DNA from: a virus
Reading direction: 5' to 3' (one strand)
IMG/VR virus record: IMGVR_UViG_3300032285_001268
Location: 96,001-160,000 of that record
DNA length: 64,000 nt
The notes below the pieces were generated by a model. The model did not search any database. It was not told the DNA's origin and saw only the letters and a list, made by a program, of their open reading frames with translations. Positions within the stretch are counted from its first letter, which is position 1. Every line of letters starts with the position of its first letter. Positions 19,942-29,675 of this stretch are shown here, in pieces. The position numbers and the translations under genes are program-made.

Positions 19942-19944
19942 TTT

Positions 19945-20030
19945 GTTTTCTCCTTTGTAGAAACAACGGCGTTCTAGGCCGTACGCGGTTGGATTTCCGC
20001 ATAAAACTCACCCCGTGTGAGTCGTACATT
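19945..20030 (-). promoter_or_regulatory. Candidate structured 5' leader RNA of the 346-aa gene
   Basis: Three consecutive hairpins GACTCAC/GTGAGTT, ATGCGG/CCGCGT, ACGGC/GCCGT between TAAATA (20032-20037) and the RBS. Confidence 0.5.
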
Positions 20031-20034
20031 GTAT

Positions 20035-20547
20035 TTATGCGTAAGTGATACGGACAGCAACTTGGTCAATATAGGCCAGGTCTTTATGTGGTATTAATAT
20101 GTTGCTACGTAGTGCTATAGAAACACCAAACGTAGAATTGTTTACATCAGCTACAGTTAAAGGTGTGCCCCATGTGTTACTTGCACCGCCATAAATTTTA
20201 AGATCAGATATGACAACATCTGCAATGTTATCACCTATAGGTTCACCGTTTAAGGTAAGCTGTATAAGAAAATCTTGTATTCTAGCCAGTCTAATAGAAC
20301 CTAAACGCAATTCTACACCTAGTATAGTTGCGCCAGCAATGTTAAAATTAAAATTAGTACAGACTAGTCTAGCTGTTCTACTGGCAAATACTTCTTGATA
20401 AAGCCCAGGTATAGTGTGCAATGTATCTGAACTAACAGCATAACTGTCTTTTGAAATAATCTCATCAGAATGATTCCACAGGATATCTTTTGCAGTATCT
20501 TGTACTTGCACTATTTGATTAGGAATTAGGAATTCTGTGCGGGCCAT
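20035..20547 (-). CDS. Hypothetical virion protein (170 aa, start reassigned to 20547)
   Basis: The track start at 20601 would read through the capsid terminator; ATG 20547 follows TAAATA (20552-20557). Confidence 0.7.
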   Translation of the reverse strand: MARTEFLIPNQIVQVQDTAKDILWNHSDEIISKDSYAVSSDTLHTIPGLYQEVFASRTARLVCTNFNFNIAGATILGVELRLGSIRLARIQDFLIQLTLNGEPIGDNIADVVISDLKIYGGASNTWGTPLTVADVNNSTFGVSIALRSNILIPHKDLAYIDQVAVRITYA

Positions 20548-20560
20548 ACTATATTTACAT

Positions 20561-20587
20561 AAAAAAAGGGCTCCGAAGAGCCCTTTT
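20561..20587 (-). terminator. Rho-independent terminator after the major capsid gene
   Basis: AAAGGGCTC-TTCG-GAGCCCTTT followed by a T run; cUUCGg tetraloop as in T4 terminators. Confidence 0.9.
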
Positions 20588-20610
20588 AGATTGACAAACA
20601 AAAACCAATA

Positions 20611-21792
20611 TTATTGGAATTTTACGTTTGCTGATGTGATACCAACTAAACCTAAGTAGTCAGCCGCGTTACCTAGAGATGATGCTGTGTTTGACAACTC
20701 AACATATCCATAACGTGTCATGAAGCTTACTACTGGTTCAAATGTTGATGGATCCAATACAACACCGCTTGACATCAATGGGATGTATGGGCAGTAGAAT
20801 GCTGGAGCATCTGATTCGCTTGCGCCTTTGTAACCAACTAGGATGCTTGTTGAATCTGAAGCATAGCTGTTTACATAGATCTTCATAGCACCGTTCAATG
20901 TACCAACAAACTTAGTGTTTGTAGGTGCTTCGAATGTGCCTTCTGTTGTACGAGCAAAAGCTGAAGTAGTAGCAGACTGTAGAATTGTTAACGCAAATGG
21001 GCTAACAACTGCATAGTTACCTGCACCACGACGTGTACGTTGAGCGATCAAGTTACTTACGCGGTTGATCATAACTGCCAAGGCAGCATGTTCATCACCA
21101 ACGAATGTAGCTGTACCACTTACGGCAGCTTGGTCGTATGTGTATAGAGCTGTACCAGCCAATGTTGATAGGCTTGATAGGATCTCTTGGTCGATTTCAG
21201 CAGTGATTTCTTGTGCCAAAGCAGCCATGATTTCTGCTTCAACGTCAATACCTTGTTGGGCTTGTGCGTCTTGAGCAGCCTCGAATGTCCAGCGAGCTGA
21301 TAACTTACGTGTCTTAGCTTCAACTGTTTGTTTCAAGATCTGGATGCTTAGTTTGTTACCTGGACGACCTTCTAAAGAAGCTGTTGAAGCTGCCTTAGCG
21401 CCTGGAGGTACAGTACCTTCAGAGTCATTACCAGAGTAAGCACTAGCAATTTTGAATGGGCTTAGAGCCTCTTCACCAGCTACTGTGCTGTTTGTTGCAT
21501 CAGCATAACGCACACGTAGAGTGTGGATCTGACCAACTGGACCAGTCATTGGTTGTACGCCTAATAGTTCGTTAGCAATAACGGTAGGCATTACTCGACG
21601 GATTACTGGAAGAATCACGCGATTTAGTGTTGCAACGTTGCCAGCAGAAGTAGCACCAGCTGAAGCAGATTCTTGCAAATACTTACGAGTATTCTCTAGA
21701 GTCACGCCCATTACTGATTTCTTAGTGCCTTGTAGGCCTTCTAATAATGCTTCTTTAGTCTCTGCCCAACGTCCGTTTAGTAGTTCTGACAT
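20611..21792 (-). CDS. gp23: Major capsid protein, T4 gp23 family
   Basis: LIxxVRRxMP-like VILPVIRRVMP, GVQPMTGPVGQI, KTRKLSARWTFEAAQD, FYCPYIPL, FMTRYG motifs. Confidence 0.97.
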   Translation of the reverse strand: MSELLNGRWAETKEALLEGLQGTKKSVMGVTLENTRKYLQESASAGATSAGNVATLNRVILPVIRRVMPTVIANELLGVQPMTGPVGQIHTLRVRYADATNSTVAGEEALSPFKIASAYSGNDSEGTVPPGAKAASTASLEGRPGNKLSIQILKQTVEAKTRKLSARWTFEAAQDAQAQQGIDVEAEIMAALAQEITAEIDQEILSSLSTLAGTALYTYDQAAVSGTATFVGDEHAALAVMINRVSNLIAQRTRRGAGNYAVVSPFALTILQSATTSAFARTTEGTFEAPTNTKFVGTLNGAMKIYVNSYASDSTSILVGYKGASESDAPAFYCPYIPLMSSGVVLDPSTFEPVVSFMTRYGYVELSNTASSLGNAADYLGLVGITSANVKFQ

Positions 21793-21803
21793 TTAAATTC
21801 TCC

Positions 21804-22907
21804 TTAAATTTTTAGTCCTGCGAGTTTACGAATGCTAATAATATTGCTATCGTCCTCACTGCTACGGTTGGTGTTGGAAATTTTATTTCCTGTAACTTCT
21901 TTTGCCTCTACAAGTGCCTGTTTCTTCTGCGGAGCTTTACCTGCGTGTCCATTTAGAACTGCTGGTAGATACTTGTCAAAACTTTCATTAAGTTTTGATG
22001 TTTTCACACTCTCCATTAATTCACCCATGATTGCTTTTTGCTCACTGTTAAGTGGAGCAAGTAATTCGCTCATGATTGCTTTTCTTTCTTGCGCTTCTTT
22101 CAACGCACGGATTTCTGCTTCTTTACTTTCTAGGATTTGTTCAGCTTGCACCACTGCTTGAGCGGCTTCTTGCATTGCTAAATCTTTCGTGTCTATGACC
22201 TTGAGTAATTTTGCAGTCTCCGATTTTTCATTTAGGTAACTAGATTGATATTCTTGAGCGAAAGCTTCGAACAGCTTACGACCAAAATCTGCACGACGAG
22301 CGGCTTCGATGTCTTCTTTCAGTGATGTAATTTCAGAACGTAAATTCTGACTTACTACTGATTCTACCATCTTTGCGGCACGTTGCACAAAAGCTTCTTT
22401 TACCTTCTTGATTTCTTCGCGACCTTCACGCACTAGACGAACTTTAGTTTCGGCTAAATCACGTTTGTCTTGCATAAACTCTGTAATTTCTTGTGCTAGA
22501 GCTTCAACAACAAATGTTTCAAGTTTGCCAAATTTACCGGCCATCTCAACTTGATCTTCGTGCAATTCTTTAACTTCAGAAGCTAGTTGACGTGTAACGA
22601 ATTCCTTCATTACTTCGGCATCTTTCTTCATCTTTTTAGCATACTTGACTTTCATCTCTGCTAATTGCTTACGATCATCTGAGAACTCAACAAGTTCCGC
22701 GGCTAGTTGCTCGCTGATCATACGATCAACTGCTTCTACCATTGCTTCCTTGTCGTGCTCGTATTTCTGAGCGAACTCTTCACGTAGTTGTTCAGCTACT
22801 TGTTGACGATTCTCATTGATCTTCGTGTCCCAAGCGGCTTGAATTGATTGCTGAATCTCTTCGGAAATCACATTGTTTTCAAATAACTGCTTTAGTGCAT
22901 CCAACAT
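21804..22907 (-). CDS. gp22: Prohead core scaffold protein, gp22-like
   Basis: Coiled-coil, E/K/A-rich, 367 aa, between protease and capsid genes as in T4. Confidence 0.8.
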   Translation of the reverse strand: MLDALKQLFENNVISEEIQQSIQAAWDTKINENRQQVAEQLREEFAQKYEHDKEAMVEAVDRMISEQLAAELVEFSDDRKQLAEMKVKYAKKMKKDAEVMKEFVTRQLASEVKELHEDQVEMAGKFGKLETFVVEALAQEITEFMQDKRDLAETKVRLVREGREEIKKVKEAFVQRAAKMVESVVSQNLRSEITSLKEDIEAARRADFGRKLFEAFAQEYQSSYLNEKSETAKLLKVIDTKDLAMQEAAQAVVQAEQILESKEAEIRALKEAQERKAIMSELLAPLNSEQKAIMGELMESVKTSKLNESFDKYLPAVLNGHAGKAPQKKQALVEAKEVTGNKISNTNRSSEDDSNIISIRKLAGLKI

Positions 22908-22920
22908 ATGATTCTCCTTG

Positions 22921-23550
22921 TTATTGGAGTTTGCTTATTATTGATAATAAGCTCTCTTTGAGATATTTTTGTGCTTTAGGATCACCCTTTACCTCTTGCG
23001 CTATGCGAAAGGCATTAAGACCACCGCGATTATTCATCAAGTGTTCATAAATTGGTGTAGGATATGCTCCAGGGGCACTAGGTTGAGCTACCATATCTAC
23101 TGTGATAATCTCAAAATCTGATACTTCACCGGATCCGTCATCTCTGACGTTTCCGGATCCGCGTGAACTAACACCTAATTTTACACCACTTTCAAGCATG
23201 GTGCGAATTAGTTGTCCCATAGGGGTAGGAAGTATTTTCAACTTCCCGTAACCATTTGGCCCGTCCATCCACATATTTGTTATCATGTGGGATACACGAT
23301 CCAGGTTAATTTTTAGATCATCTGGATGATCCACTTCTCCGAGTACTGAATAACCGTTTTGAATCTGATCGTTAAGGGTTTTGACAGCCTTGCCAATCTC
23401 ACTCACAGGGTAAACACGCTGGTTAGCGTTACGTATACCGCCCTGGATACAAATCCCTGACATGTATAAGTTTTTACCGTCTTTGTCATCAGATTCAACG
23501 ATCATTTGTGCTTCGTTGAAACTGAGATTCTCTCGGAGGTATAAAGACAT
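22921..23550 (-). CDS. gp21: Prohead maturation protease, gp21 family
   Basis: N.NQRVYP, LGEVDHP, GVSSRGSG, DMVAQPSAPGA motifs. Confidence 0.95.
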   Translation of the reverse strand: MSLYLRENLSFNEAQMIVESDDKDGKNLYMSGICIQGGIRNANQRVYPVSEIGKAVKTLNDQIQNGYSVLGEVDHPDDLKINLDRVSHMITNMWMDGPNGYGKLKILPTPMGQLIRTMLESGVKLGVSSRGSGNVRDDGSGEVSDFEIITVDMVAQPSAPGAYPTPIYEHLMNNRGGLNAFRIAQEVKGDPKAQKYLKESLLSIISKLQ

Positions 23551-23568
23551 ATTTTTAATAGTCTCTTA

Positions 23569-24477
23569 TTATTTCTTAATTGCTTTTAGAACGCTTTGCT
23601 TGTTGTCAGCTGATTCTTTTGAACCTGCTTTCTCTGCACCGTGTCCTGGTTCTTTCTTAGTAAAAGCTGTTTTACCTGCTTTAGAATCAACACGGTTTTG
23701 GATTGTACCTAAACCTGCTGTTAAATCTTCAGTAGTTGGCTTTGCTAAACCACCTTGTGTACCACCAGTAGTTGTTGAAAAGCCTTGAGCGATGTTAGCA
23801 GAAGTACCGCCCATATCGTTCTTACCAGCTACGATTGACTTAGTGTTTAAACCGTCGTCACCCATTTTACCGTATGTGTTGTATGTGTTGCCACCTACTT
23901 TGTTAACATATTCCATTAGGTCAGCTAGCTCGTCGTCACCGCCGCCCATTTGATCGTCACCACCTACTTGTGCGGCTAAATCGTGCATTGGTTCTCCGTC
24001 GCCGTGAATTCCTGGCTCTGTTTCTTCTTCGTGTTCTTCACCAGCTAATAGCTCTTCAAATTCAGCTTTTAGCTCTTCTAAGGCATCTTCTAGGTCCATA
24101 ACGCGATCTTCGATTGCGCCGTCTGATTCTTCACCTTCTTCATCGCCGAAATCAGGAGTTTCTTCTTCACCTTCTTCGTCGCCGGCTTCTTCTTCACCTT
24201 CTTCTTCCTCTTCGCCTTCTTCCTCTTCTTCACCTTCTTCCTCTTCTTCACCTTCTTCTTCCTCTTCTGCTGGAGGGAAAGTTTCTGAAACAGGTTGTGC
24301 GGCATTGGTGTCAGCGGCTGTGATACCTTCTTCTAAATCAAAATCTTCTGATAGTAGTTCTTCGTAAATCTCGCGAGATTTAGCAACTACGATGTTATGA
24401 AATATTTCCTTGGCTGTGTCTTGATCTTCGTTGATCAGAGCATTCAGCATGGCTTCAAATTGAGCGCGGTCAGTCAT
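23569..24477 (-). CDS. Acidic prohead core protein (302 aa; position equivalent to T4 gp67/68); start reassigned to 24477
   Basis: AGGAG RBS before ATG 24477, TAAATA at 24518-24523; very Glu-rich; lies between portal and protease. Confidence 0.7.
   Translation of the reverse strand: MTDRAQFEAMLNALINEDQDTAKEIFHNIVVAKSREIYEELLSEDFDLEEGITAADTNAAQPVSETFPPAEEEEEGEEEEEGEEEEEGEEEEEGEEEAGDEEGEEETPDFGDEEGEESDGAIEDRVMDLEDALEELKAEFEELLAGEEHEEETEPGIHGDGEPMHDLAAQVGGDDQMGGGDDELADLMEYVNKVGGNTYNTYGKMGDDGLNTKSIVAGKNDMGGTSANIAQGFSTTTGGTQGGLAKPTTEDLTAGLGTIQNRVDSKAGKTAFTKKEPGHGAEKAGSKESADNKQSVLKAIKK
24196..24267 (-). repeat. Four 18-bp tandem repeats encoding EEEEEG
   Basis: Plus-strand units (a/g)cc-ttc-ttc-(t/c)tc-(c/t)tc-ttc, four copies. 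Confidence 0.9.
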
Positions 24478-24588
24478 GTTTAATTCTCCTGTGATGTAGT
24501 GATACAAGGCTGTATTATATTTACACAAAGTGGTAAAAATATAGGCAGATATAGCGAAAAAACAGCCTGTTTTTGTCGTTTTTTCAAA

Positions 24589-24828
24589 TTATACAGTAGG
24601 GGCTACTGGTGTTACGTACATTGAATGAATAAAATCTAATTCATTCTCCTGTTCTAGTATGTGCGCTTCGCTAGTTTTTCTTAGCTCGTTAATTTGTTTT
24701 AATGTTAATCTAGTCTTACGTGTATCTGCTCTATGCAGTTGTCCGCCATCGCGTTGAGGCTCGTAGCGCAAATCATTTGCTACACGGCGACTATCCGGAT
24801 CAATATAAAACAATTCTCTTAAAATCAT
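24589..24828 (-). CDS. Hypothetical head-module protein (79 aa)
   Basis: ORF directly after a perfect TATAAATA (24834-24841). Confidence 0.7.
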   Translation of the reverse strand: MILRELFYIDPDSRRVANDLRYEPQRDGGQLHRADTRKTRLTLKQINELRKTSEAHILEQENELDFIHSMYVTPVAPTV

Positions 24829-24833
24829 AGTAA

Positions 24834-24841
24834 TATTTATA
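24834..24841 (-). promoter_or_regulatory. T4-type late promoter TATAAATA
   Basis: Perfect consensus overlapping the portal stop codon. Confidence 0.75.
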
Positions 24842-26588
24842 CCGCAGGCGCCGGAGCAGTGCCTGGCGCAGGTGCCGGTGCTCCACCTACTGGAGGCATT
24901 TCACCTTCTTCTCCAGTTGGTTCTTCAGCCATATCTTCTGGGGCTTCCATGTCTGCGGCTGCACCTAAATCACCTTCAATGCCTGCGGCACTGATGCCTG
25001 CTGAACGTAATTCTCCTGCGGCATCAGTATGACTTGGCTCGCCTTTGCCGTTTTCTTGTGCCCATAGACGTTCGTTTTCTGCTACTTCTTCTTCTGTTAA
25101 ACCTAAGAAACGTTTAAGAGCAAAGCGTTTGCTCATGAATGGTACTGCTTGAATTGTATTAAATGTGTTGATACGTTCAGCATCAATTGTTGCTTGACGG
25201 CTACTTGCAAAGTTAAGCGGTGGATTAAACTGTAATTCAAAGATATTAGCATCAATATTAAGACCTTTGAAGTACATGAATCGCTTAAATTCTTCGTCAA
25301 ATACACCAGAAATTAATGCTTGTAGACGTTCACAATATTTGTTAAAACGTAGTTCTTGAATGTAGGCTGTACCTACACGACCGTCATTAAAGTTACTTTG
25401 ACTGTCGTCTTGTCCTGTTGGCAAGTAGCTACTAGGTATACGCAAACCACGGAATAACTTGTTAGTAAAGTACTTCAAGTCATCAATTTCACCAATATTC
25501 TTACCGCCTTCTAGCATTGTCACATCGGAACCTTTGCCGTCTGCTGTCTTAGGGAAGAAGTAGTCTTCATTAATGCTTAGAGGGTTGTATGCAGAGTCTA
25601 TGACGTTCTGTCCGCCACCACTTTGTGACGGAATACGGCGTTGATGTATTTCGTTTTTAACACGTTCTACGAATGCCATAGCCAAGTGACTTGGCATGTT
25701 GCCCACGTCAATGTGGAACACACGACGTTCCGGAGCACGTTGTATGCGATAGATTAGAATCGCATCTTCTAATAATTCTTTCTGCTTGTAAACTTTAAAG
25801 ATGTTTTCAAGCAGACTGTTGCCAAATGGGAAGTTATTGTCCAGACCTTCTGATAAACTTAGGTGTATCATATGTTCTGCGTCAATAGCACTTTCTTTTT
25901 CGCTTAGTCCAAATCTGCCTTGGCCGCTGTTGTAAGGTGTGCTGGCGCCGCCTACAAAGCTAGACTGGCCAGCAGTTGCACCACCGCCACCTGCTGTACC
26001 GCCAGCATTATTTTTAGGATTAATATTTGTAGTAATCTGTGTTGCAACTAGACTTTCAAAGTTTGGTGCTAGATTTTTAACGATATACTGCTCAGGTTTT
26101 TTACCTTCGCTTTCGTTTACAATAATTTTAACAATCTGTGTTGGGTCGATGTAAGACCACTTTTGTGTTTCTGGATCACGAATAAAGAACGCATCACCGT
26201 ATTTGAATGTGTTACGTACGATACGGAATATACGTGTGTCAAATTTCTGTAGTTTGTTCCATTGCTGTAGATATTCGCTTAGGATTTTAACTTCTGCGTT
26301 TGTACCTTTACTGCGCCAATATGTTGTAAATGGACTCTTGCCATCTTTTAATTTTTGTGTGCAAAATTCTGCAAGGATGTCTAGTGCGGCGTTAACTTCT
26401 GGATCACTGTCCATTACTTCATACTGATTATAACGCTCAATACGATTGGGACTACCAGTATATACGTCGGGAAGATAACTGCTGTAGTTTGTTCGCGCAG
26501 GTCCAGGACGGTTGCCCGTTCCAAAATTACCCGATGTGATTACAGAACCACTAACAGGTACAGGTGTAAAGAATTTTTTCCATGACAT
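24837..26588 (-). CDS. gp20: Portal vertex protein, gp20 family
   Basis: LLEDAILIYRIQRAPERRVFHIDVGNMP, EDYFFP, IDDLKYF..KL.RGL.IP.S.L, ELRF.KY..RLQ motifs. Confidence 0.97.
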   Translation of the reverse strand: MSWKKFFTPVPVSGSVITSGNFGTGNRPGPARTNYSSYLPDVYTGSPNRIERYNQYEVMDSDPEVNAALDILAEFCTQKLKDGKSPFTTYWRSKGTNAEVKILSEYLQQWNKLQKFDTRIFRIVRNTFKYGDAFFIRDPETQKWSYIDPTQIVKIIVNESEGKKPEQYIVKNLAPNFESLVATQITTNINPKNNAGGTAGGGGATAGQSSFVGGASTPYNSGQGRFGLSEKESAIDAEHMIHLSLSEGLDNNFPFGNSLLENIFKVYKQKELLEDAILIYRIQRAPERRVFHIDVGNMPSHLAMAFVERVKNEIHQRRIPSQSGGGQNVIDSAYNPLSINEDYFFPKTADGKGSDVTMLEGGKNIGEIDDLKYFTNKLFRGLRIPSSYLPTGQDDSQSNFNDGRVGTAYIQELRFNKYCERLQALISGVFDEEFKRFMYFKGLNIDANIFELQFNPPLNFASSRQATIDAERINTFNTIQAVPFMSKRFALKRFLGLTEEEVAENERLWAQENGKGEPSHTDAAGELRSAGISAAGIEGDLGAAADMEAPEDMAEEPTGEEGEMPPVGGAPAPAPGTAPAPAV

Positions 26589-26595
26589 ATATGTT

Positions 26596-28788
26596 TTAGC
26601 CTAATCTATTACCGCCGGATTGAACAGCTGACGCTAGTTTTTCACTATAGCTGGCTGTTTGTTCCATCCAATGAACAGCCATGCTCATAGTCTTATTTAA
26701 CATAGTTATACCCTCACTCATATCTTTTTGTAGATTAGTTTCGTCTACAGAAGATGAAGTTGTCTGCGGTTTTGGCTGTTCAAATACCGTTGGCTGTTGT
26801 GGAATTTCTTGTCTAATATCTGCACCATTTGGAGGATTAAAGTCAATAGATGGAGGCATAAAGTTAGGCATTGACCTGCCCATTGTTTCAAGATTACCAA
26901 ACATCTGTTGGAACGGTCCGAACATAGTCTTAATGTCTGGTAACTCTGTACCAGCATTAAATTTAGGAAATGTCTTAAACTGCTTTTCAAGTTCTGGTGC
27001 TATTCTATCAACATTTCCTGCAAAGTCATTGCCAAAGTTAGACATCTGGCCCATCATACGCTGTGTCTGTGGATTACCTATAATGTCTTTGAACATCTCT
27101 GGAAACTTGGCCAATTGATCTCTAACGAACTCGCCACGCTGTCCAAACGGAACCGTAGCTTCCGCTTCACCTGCTTTTTCGTTAACTTGAATAATACGAC
27201 CTTTAGGACCAGCAAACCAATCACCCCAGATAGCTTTAGAACCAAACTCTTCTCGTTCTGGCTGTCCCCATGTCTGCCCACCACCAGTTGGTGTATTGCT
27301 ACGTCCAGTCACGTTTGGAACCAACGATTGTATATTTGATGCAAGGCCTTGTGTTGTACGAATGCCTGTTAATGCTCTGTTAAACTTAGCTAGATTGCCG
27401 CCAGCAGATCCGACTTCATCATTCATTTTCTTTAATTCGTTAGCAGCCATAGATCCCATTAGCTTGCCCATACGATCTGCGCCACGGATCGCTTCTGCTA
27501 GTTCTGCTCCAGGTAAAGGTTTACCGTCTGGTCCCTTTCCTTGTGTGTCTCTTTCAACTTTTTTTCTTAAACTTAATTCTGCACTTTCAAAGCTAACACG
27601 ATCAGATGTTAGAGCTTGTAATCGTTTTTGTTCAGCTTCTACCGCTCTAGTATAAGTTACTACACCTGAATATACAGCTTTAACTTCAGCTTCATCGCTG
27701 TTGGCCACACGTTGCCTATACTGGCTATTGTTCATAGCCTTAGCCAGCTCAGTCCTATCCATCTCTAAGCGTCTTTGTGCTATTTCAATACGTTGTTGAT
27801 CACCGGCTTTTGATGCGGCTTCTAATTCTGCAAAAGAATTTTGCAGTCTGCTGACTACTGCTGTAGGTAATGCACCTGCTATTGCATTTGCGGCTTCACT
27901 GCGGATCGGTCCTGATGCTAGTTCTCCGATAAAGTTTGTTACAGCATCGCCCATAGTTGAAAATTTCTGAACAGCCGAAGTAGCTTGTCGCTGATATTCT
28001 TCGCCTTTTTCTGCAATACCTGCATCAACTTCTGCTTTGTCTAGAACACGCTTAGTAGCTTCCATTTGCGATTCTTTACTCTTACCAGTTATCTTAGCAA
28101 GCTCGTCCATTTGCAGGGCTAGTCCAGCGGCACTGGCTATCATTCTCTGCTTAGACTCAGCATCAACTTTTGAAAATCCTCTAGAGTTATAGTTGGCTAG
28201 TAGTGTAGCTTCTGCCATTTCTCTAGTACTAACACCTGCTTTACCTAGTTCAATACCGATGTCACTGTTGACTACTTGTTGTGTTATATCCAACCATGCC
28301 TTAGCTGATCGGTTAACACCACCTGCTAAACCAACAAGCGAGCTAGAATTGTATTTGATTAGTTGTTCAAACTCAGGAAGTGTCAGCTGTGCGCCTTTGA
28401 TTGCCTTGTTGGCTGCCCCTAGGTCATTACTAAAATTTAATCCTACAGCACTAGTACGTCGAAGCGTTTGATCAACATCACTGACAGCATCAATCATGTC
28501 TTTTATACCAAGACCTGCAAGTCGTCCAACCATGCCAAAATTATCAAGCGGCATTGCTAGTAATTTTGCAATATCAGCGGCACTGGCAGTGCCTTTGATA
28601 ATATTCATGCCGGCGCCTTCAACATTTTTTACAAAACTTTCAACACCCTTAAACAGGGAATCTAAAAAGTTACCACTGTAGGTTGCTGTATCGCTACTGC
28701 CACGTAATGTTGCGCCTCCTGGAGAGCCGTTGCGGCTTGCTCGCATTTCATCAATCAGCGCATCAATTTTTTGTTCTAGGCTGCTCAT
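26596..28788 (-). CDS. Tape-measure/baseplate-hub-like protein (730 aa; gp29-like role inferred)
   Basis: Ala/Gly-rich helical protein, LAKITGKSKE motif typical of tape measures, follows the gp26 locus divergently. Confidence 0.6.
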   Translation of the reverse strand: MSSLEQKIDALIDEMRASRNGSPGGATLRGSSDTATYSGNFLDSLFKGVESFVKNVEGAGMNIIKGTASAADIAKLLAMPLDNFGMVGRLAGLGIKDMIDAVSDVDQTLRRTSAVGLNFSNDLGAANKAIKGAQLTLPEFEQLIKYNSSSLVGLAGGVNRSAKAWLDITQQVVNSDIGIELGKAGVSTREMAEATLLANYNSRGFSKVDAESKQRMIASAAGLALQMDELAKITGKSKESQMEATKRVLDKAEVDAGIAEKGEEYQRQATSAVQKFSTMGDAVTNFIGELASGPIRSEAANAIAGALPTAVVSRLQNSFAELEAASKAGDQQRIEIAQRRLEMDRTELAKAMNNSQYRQRVANSDEAEVKAVYSGVVTYTRAVEAEQKRLQALTSDRVSFESAELSLRKKVERDTQGKGPDGKPLPGAELAEAIRGADRMGKLMGSMAANELKKMNDEVGSAGGNLAKFNRALTGIRTTQGLASNIQSLVPNVTGRSNTPTGGGQTWGQPEREEFGSKAIWGDWFAGPKGRIIQVNEKAGEAEATVPFGQRGEFVRDQLAKFPEMFKDIIGNPQTQRMMGQMSNFGNDFAGNVDRIAPELEKQFKTFPKFNAGTELPDIKTMFGPFQQMFGNLETMGRSMPNFMPPSIDFNPPNGADIRQEIPQQPTVFEQPKPQTTSSSVDETNLQKDMSEGITMLNKTMSMAVHWMEQTASYSEKLASAVQSGGNRLG

Positions 28789-28812
28789 TTATTTTTCCTG
28801 AAAAACTGCGTA

Positions 28813-28837
28813 TATAAATACTGTTATATAATATTTA
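28813..28837. promoter_or_regulatory. Face-to-face late promoter pair
   Basis: TATAAATA on plus at 28813-28820 toward gp26; TAAATA on minus at 28832-28837 toward the 730-aa gene. Confidence 0.65.
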
Positions 28838-28850
28838 TCCGAGGTGTGAA

Positions 28851-29675
28851 ATGGCAGAAAATCCGTTAAAGCAGTATTTTAGGCAACCAAAAATCTACAT
28901 TAGTTTGCCCAGCAAAGGTGTATACAACAAGATTGGCAGTATCCAAGGTGATCCTACAAACTTGCCAGTATTTGGTATGACCGGCATGGACGAAATCATG
29001 ATGAAAACTCCAGATGCTCTAATGACAGGTGAAAGTACTGTAACAGTTATACAAAGCTGTTGTCCTAATATCAAAGACGCATGGGATGTTAATATTCTCG
29101 ATACTGATTTGATATTTGCGGCCATACGTATAGCTACCTATGGTAACACCATGCCCATGGCCAACACCTGTAGCAAATGCAGTGAAACTACAGAATTCGA
29201 TGTGGATTTGACCAAAATTATCGATCACTATTCATCACTGTCCTTTGACAATAAAATTGTACTAGACAATCTAGCCATCAATCTGCACCCGTTAAATTTT
29301 AAACAAAGTACAGAATACAGTCTTAGAAACTTTGAAGTACAAAAGAAGCTACAACAGTCATCTACACTATCTGAAGAAGAACAGAAAGAGTTGATCACAC
29401 AAATTTTCAAAGACATGGCCATAACACAGTTCAAGATGTTTTGCGACATCATTGAAAGTGTTGAAACTCCAACAGGTCTAGTCACTGAAAAAACATTCAT
29501 TGCTGAATGGTTGGAAAACTGCGAAGGCATAGTCTATGACAAGATCAAAGATCATTTTGATCAAAATAGAGAGCGTATGAAAATCCCAGGACAAACTGTA
29601 ACCTGTACAGCTTGTAAACATGAAGATGAAGTAGTTATTACGCTAGACCAAGCTGATTTTTTCGTCAACGCCTAA
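28851..29675 (+). CDS. gp26: Baseplate hub assembly chaperone, gp26-like (274 aa)
   Basis: LPSKG, D.D.IF.AIRIATYG, two CxxC motifs (CSKC, CTAC); ends DFFVNA*. Confidence 0.8.
   Translation: MAENPLKQYFRQPKIYISLPSKGVYNKIGSIQGDPTNLPVFGMTGMDEIMMKTPDALMTGESTVTVIQSCCPNIKDAWDVNILDTDLIFAAIRIATYGNTMPMANTCSKCSETTEFDVDLTKIIDHYSSLSFDNKIVLDNLAINLHPLNFKQSTEYSLRNFEVQKKLQQSSTLSEEEQKELITQIFKDMAITQFKMFCDIIESVETPTGLVTEKTFIAEWLENCEGIVYDKIKDHFDQNRERMKIPGQTVTCTACKHEDEVVITLDQADFFVNA

Noticed and set aside
24090-24323. Lys-rich and Leu-rich ORFs over the acidic tract
   Set aside because: Alternative frames of the GAA/GAG repeat
24555-24586. AAAAACAG/CTGTTTTT-type inverted repeat as terminator
   Set aside because: AT-rich stem with a very short loop; too weak to call
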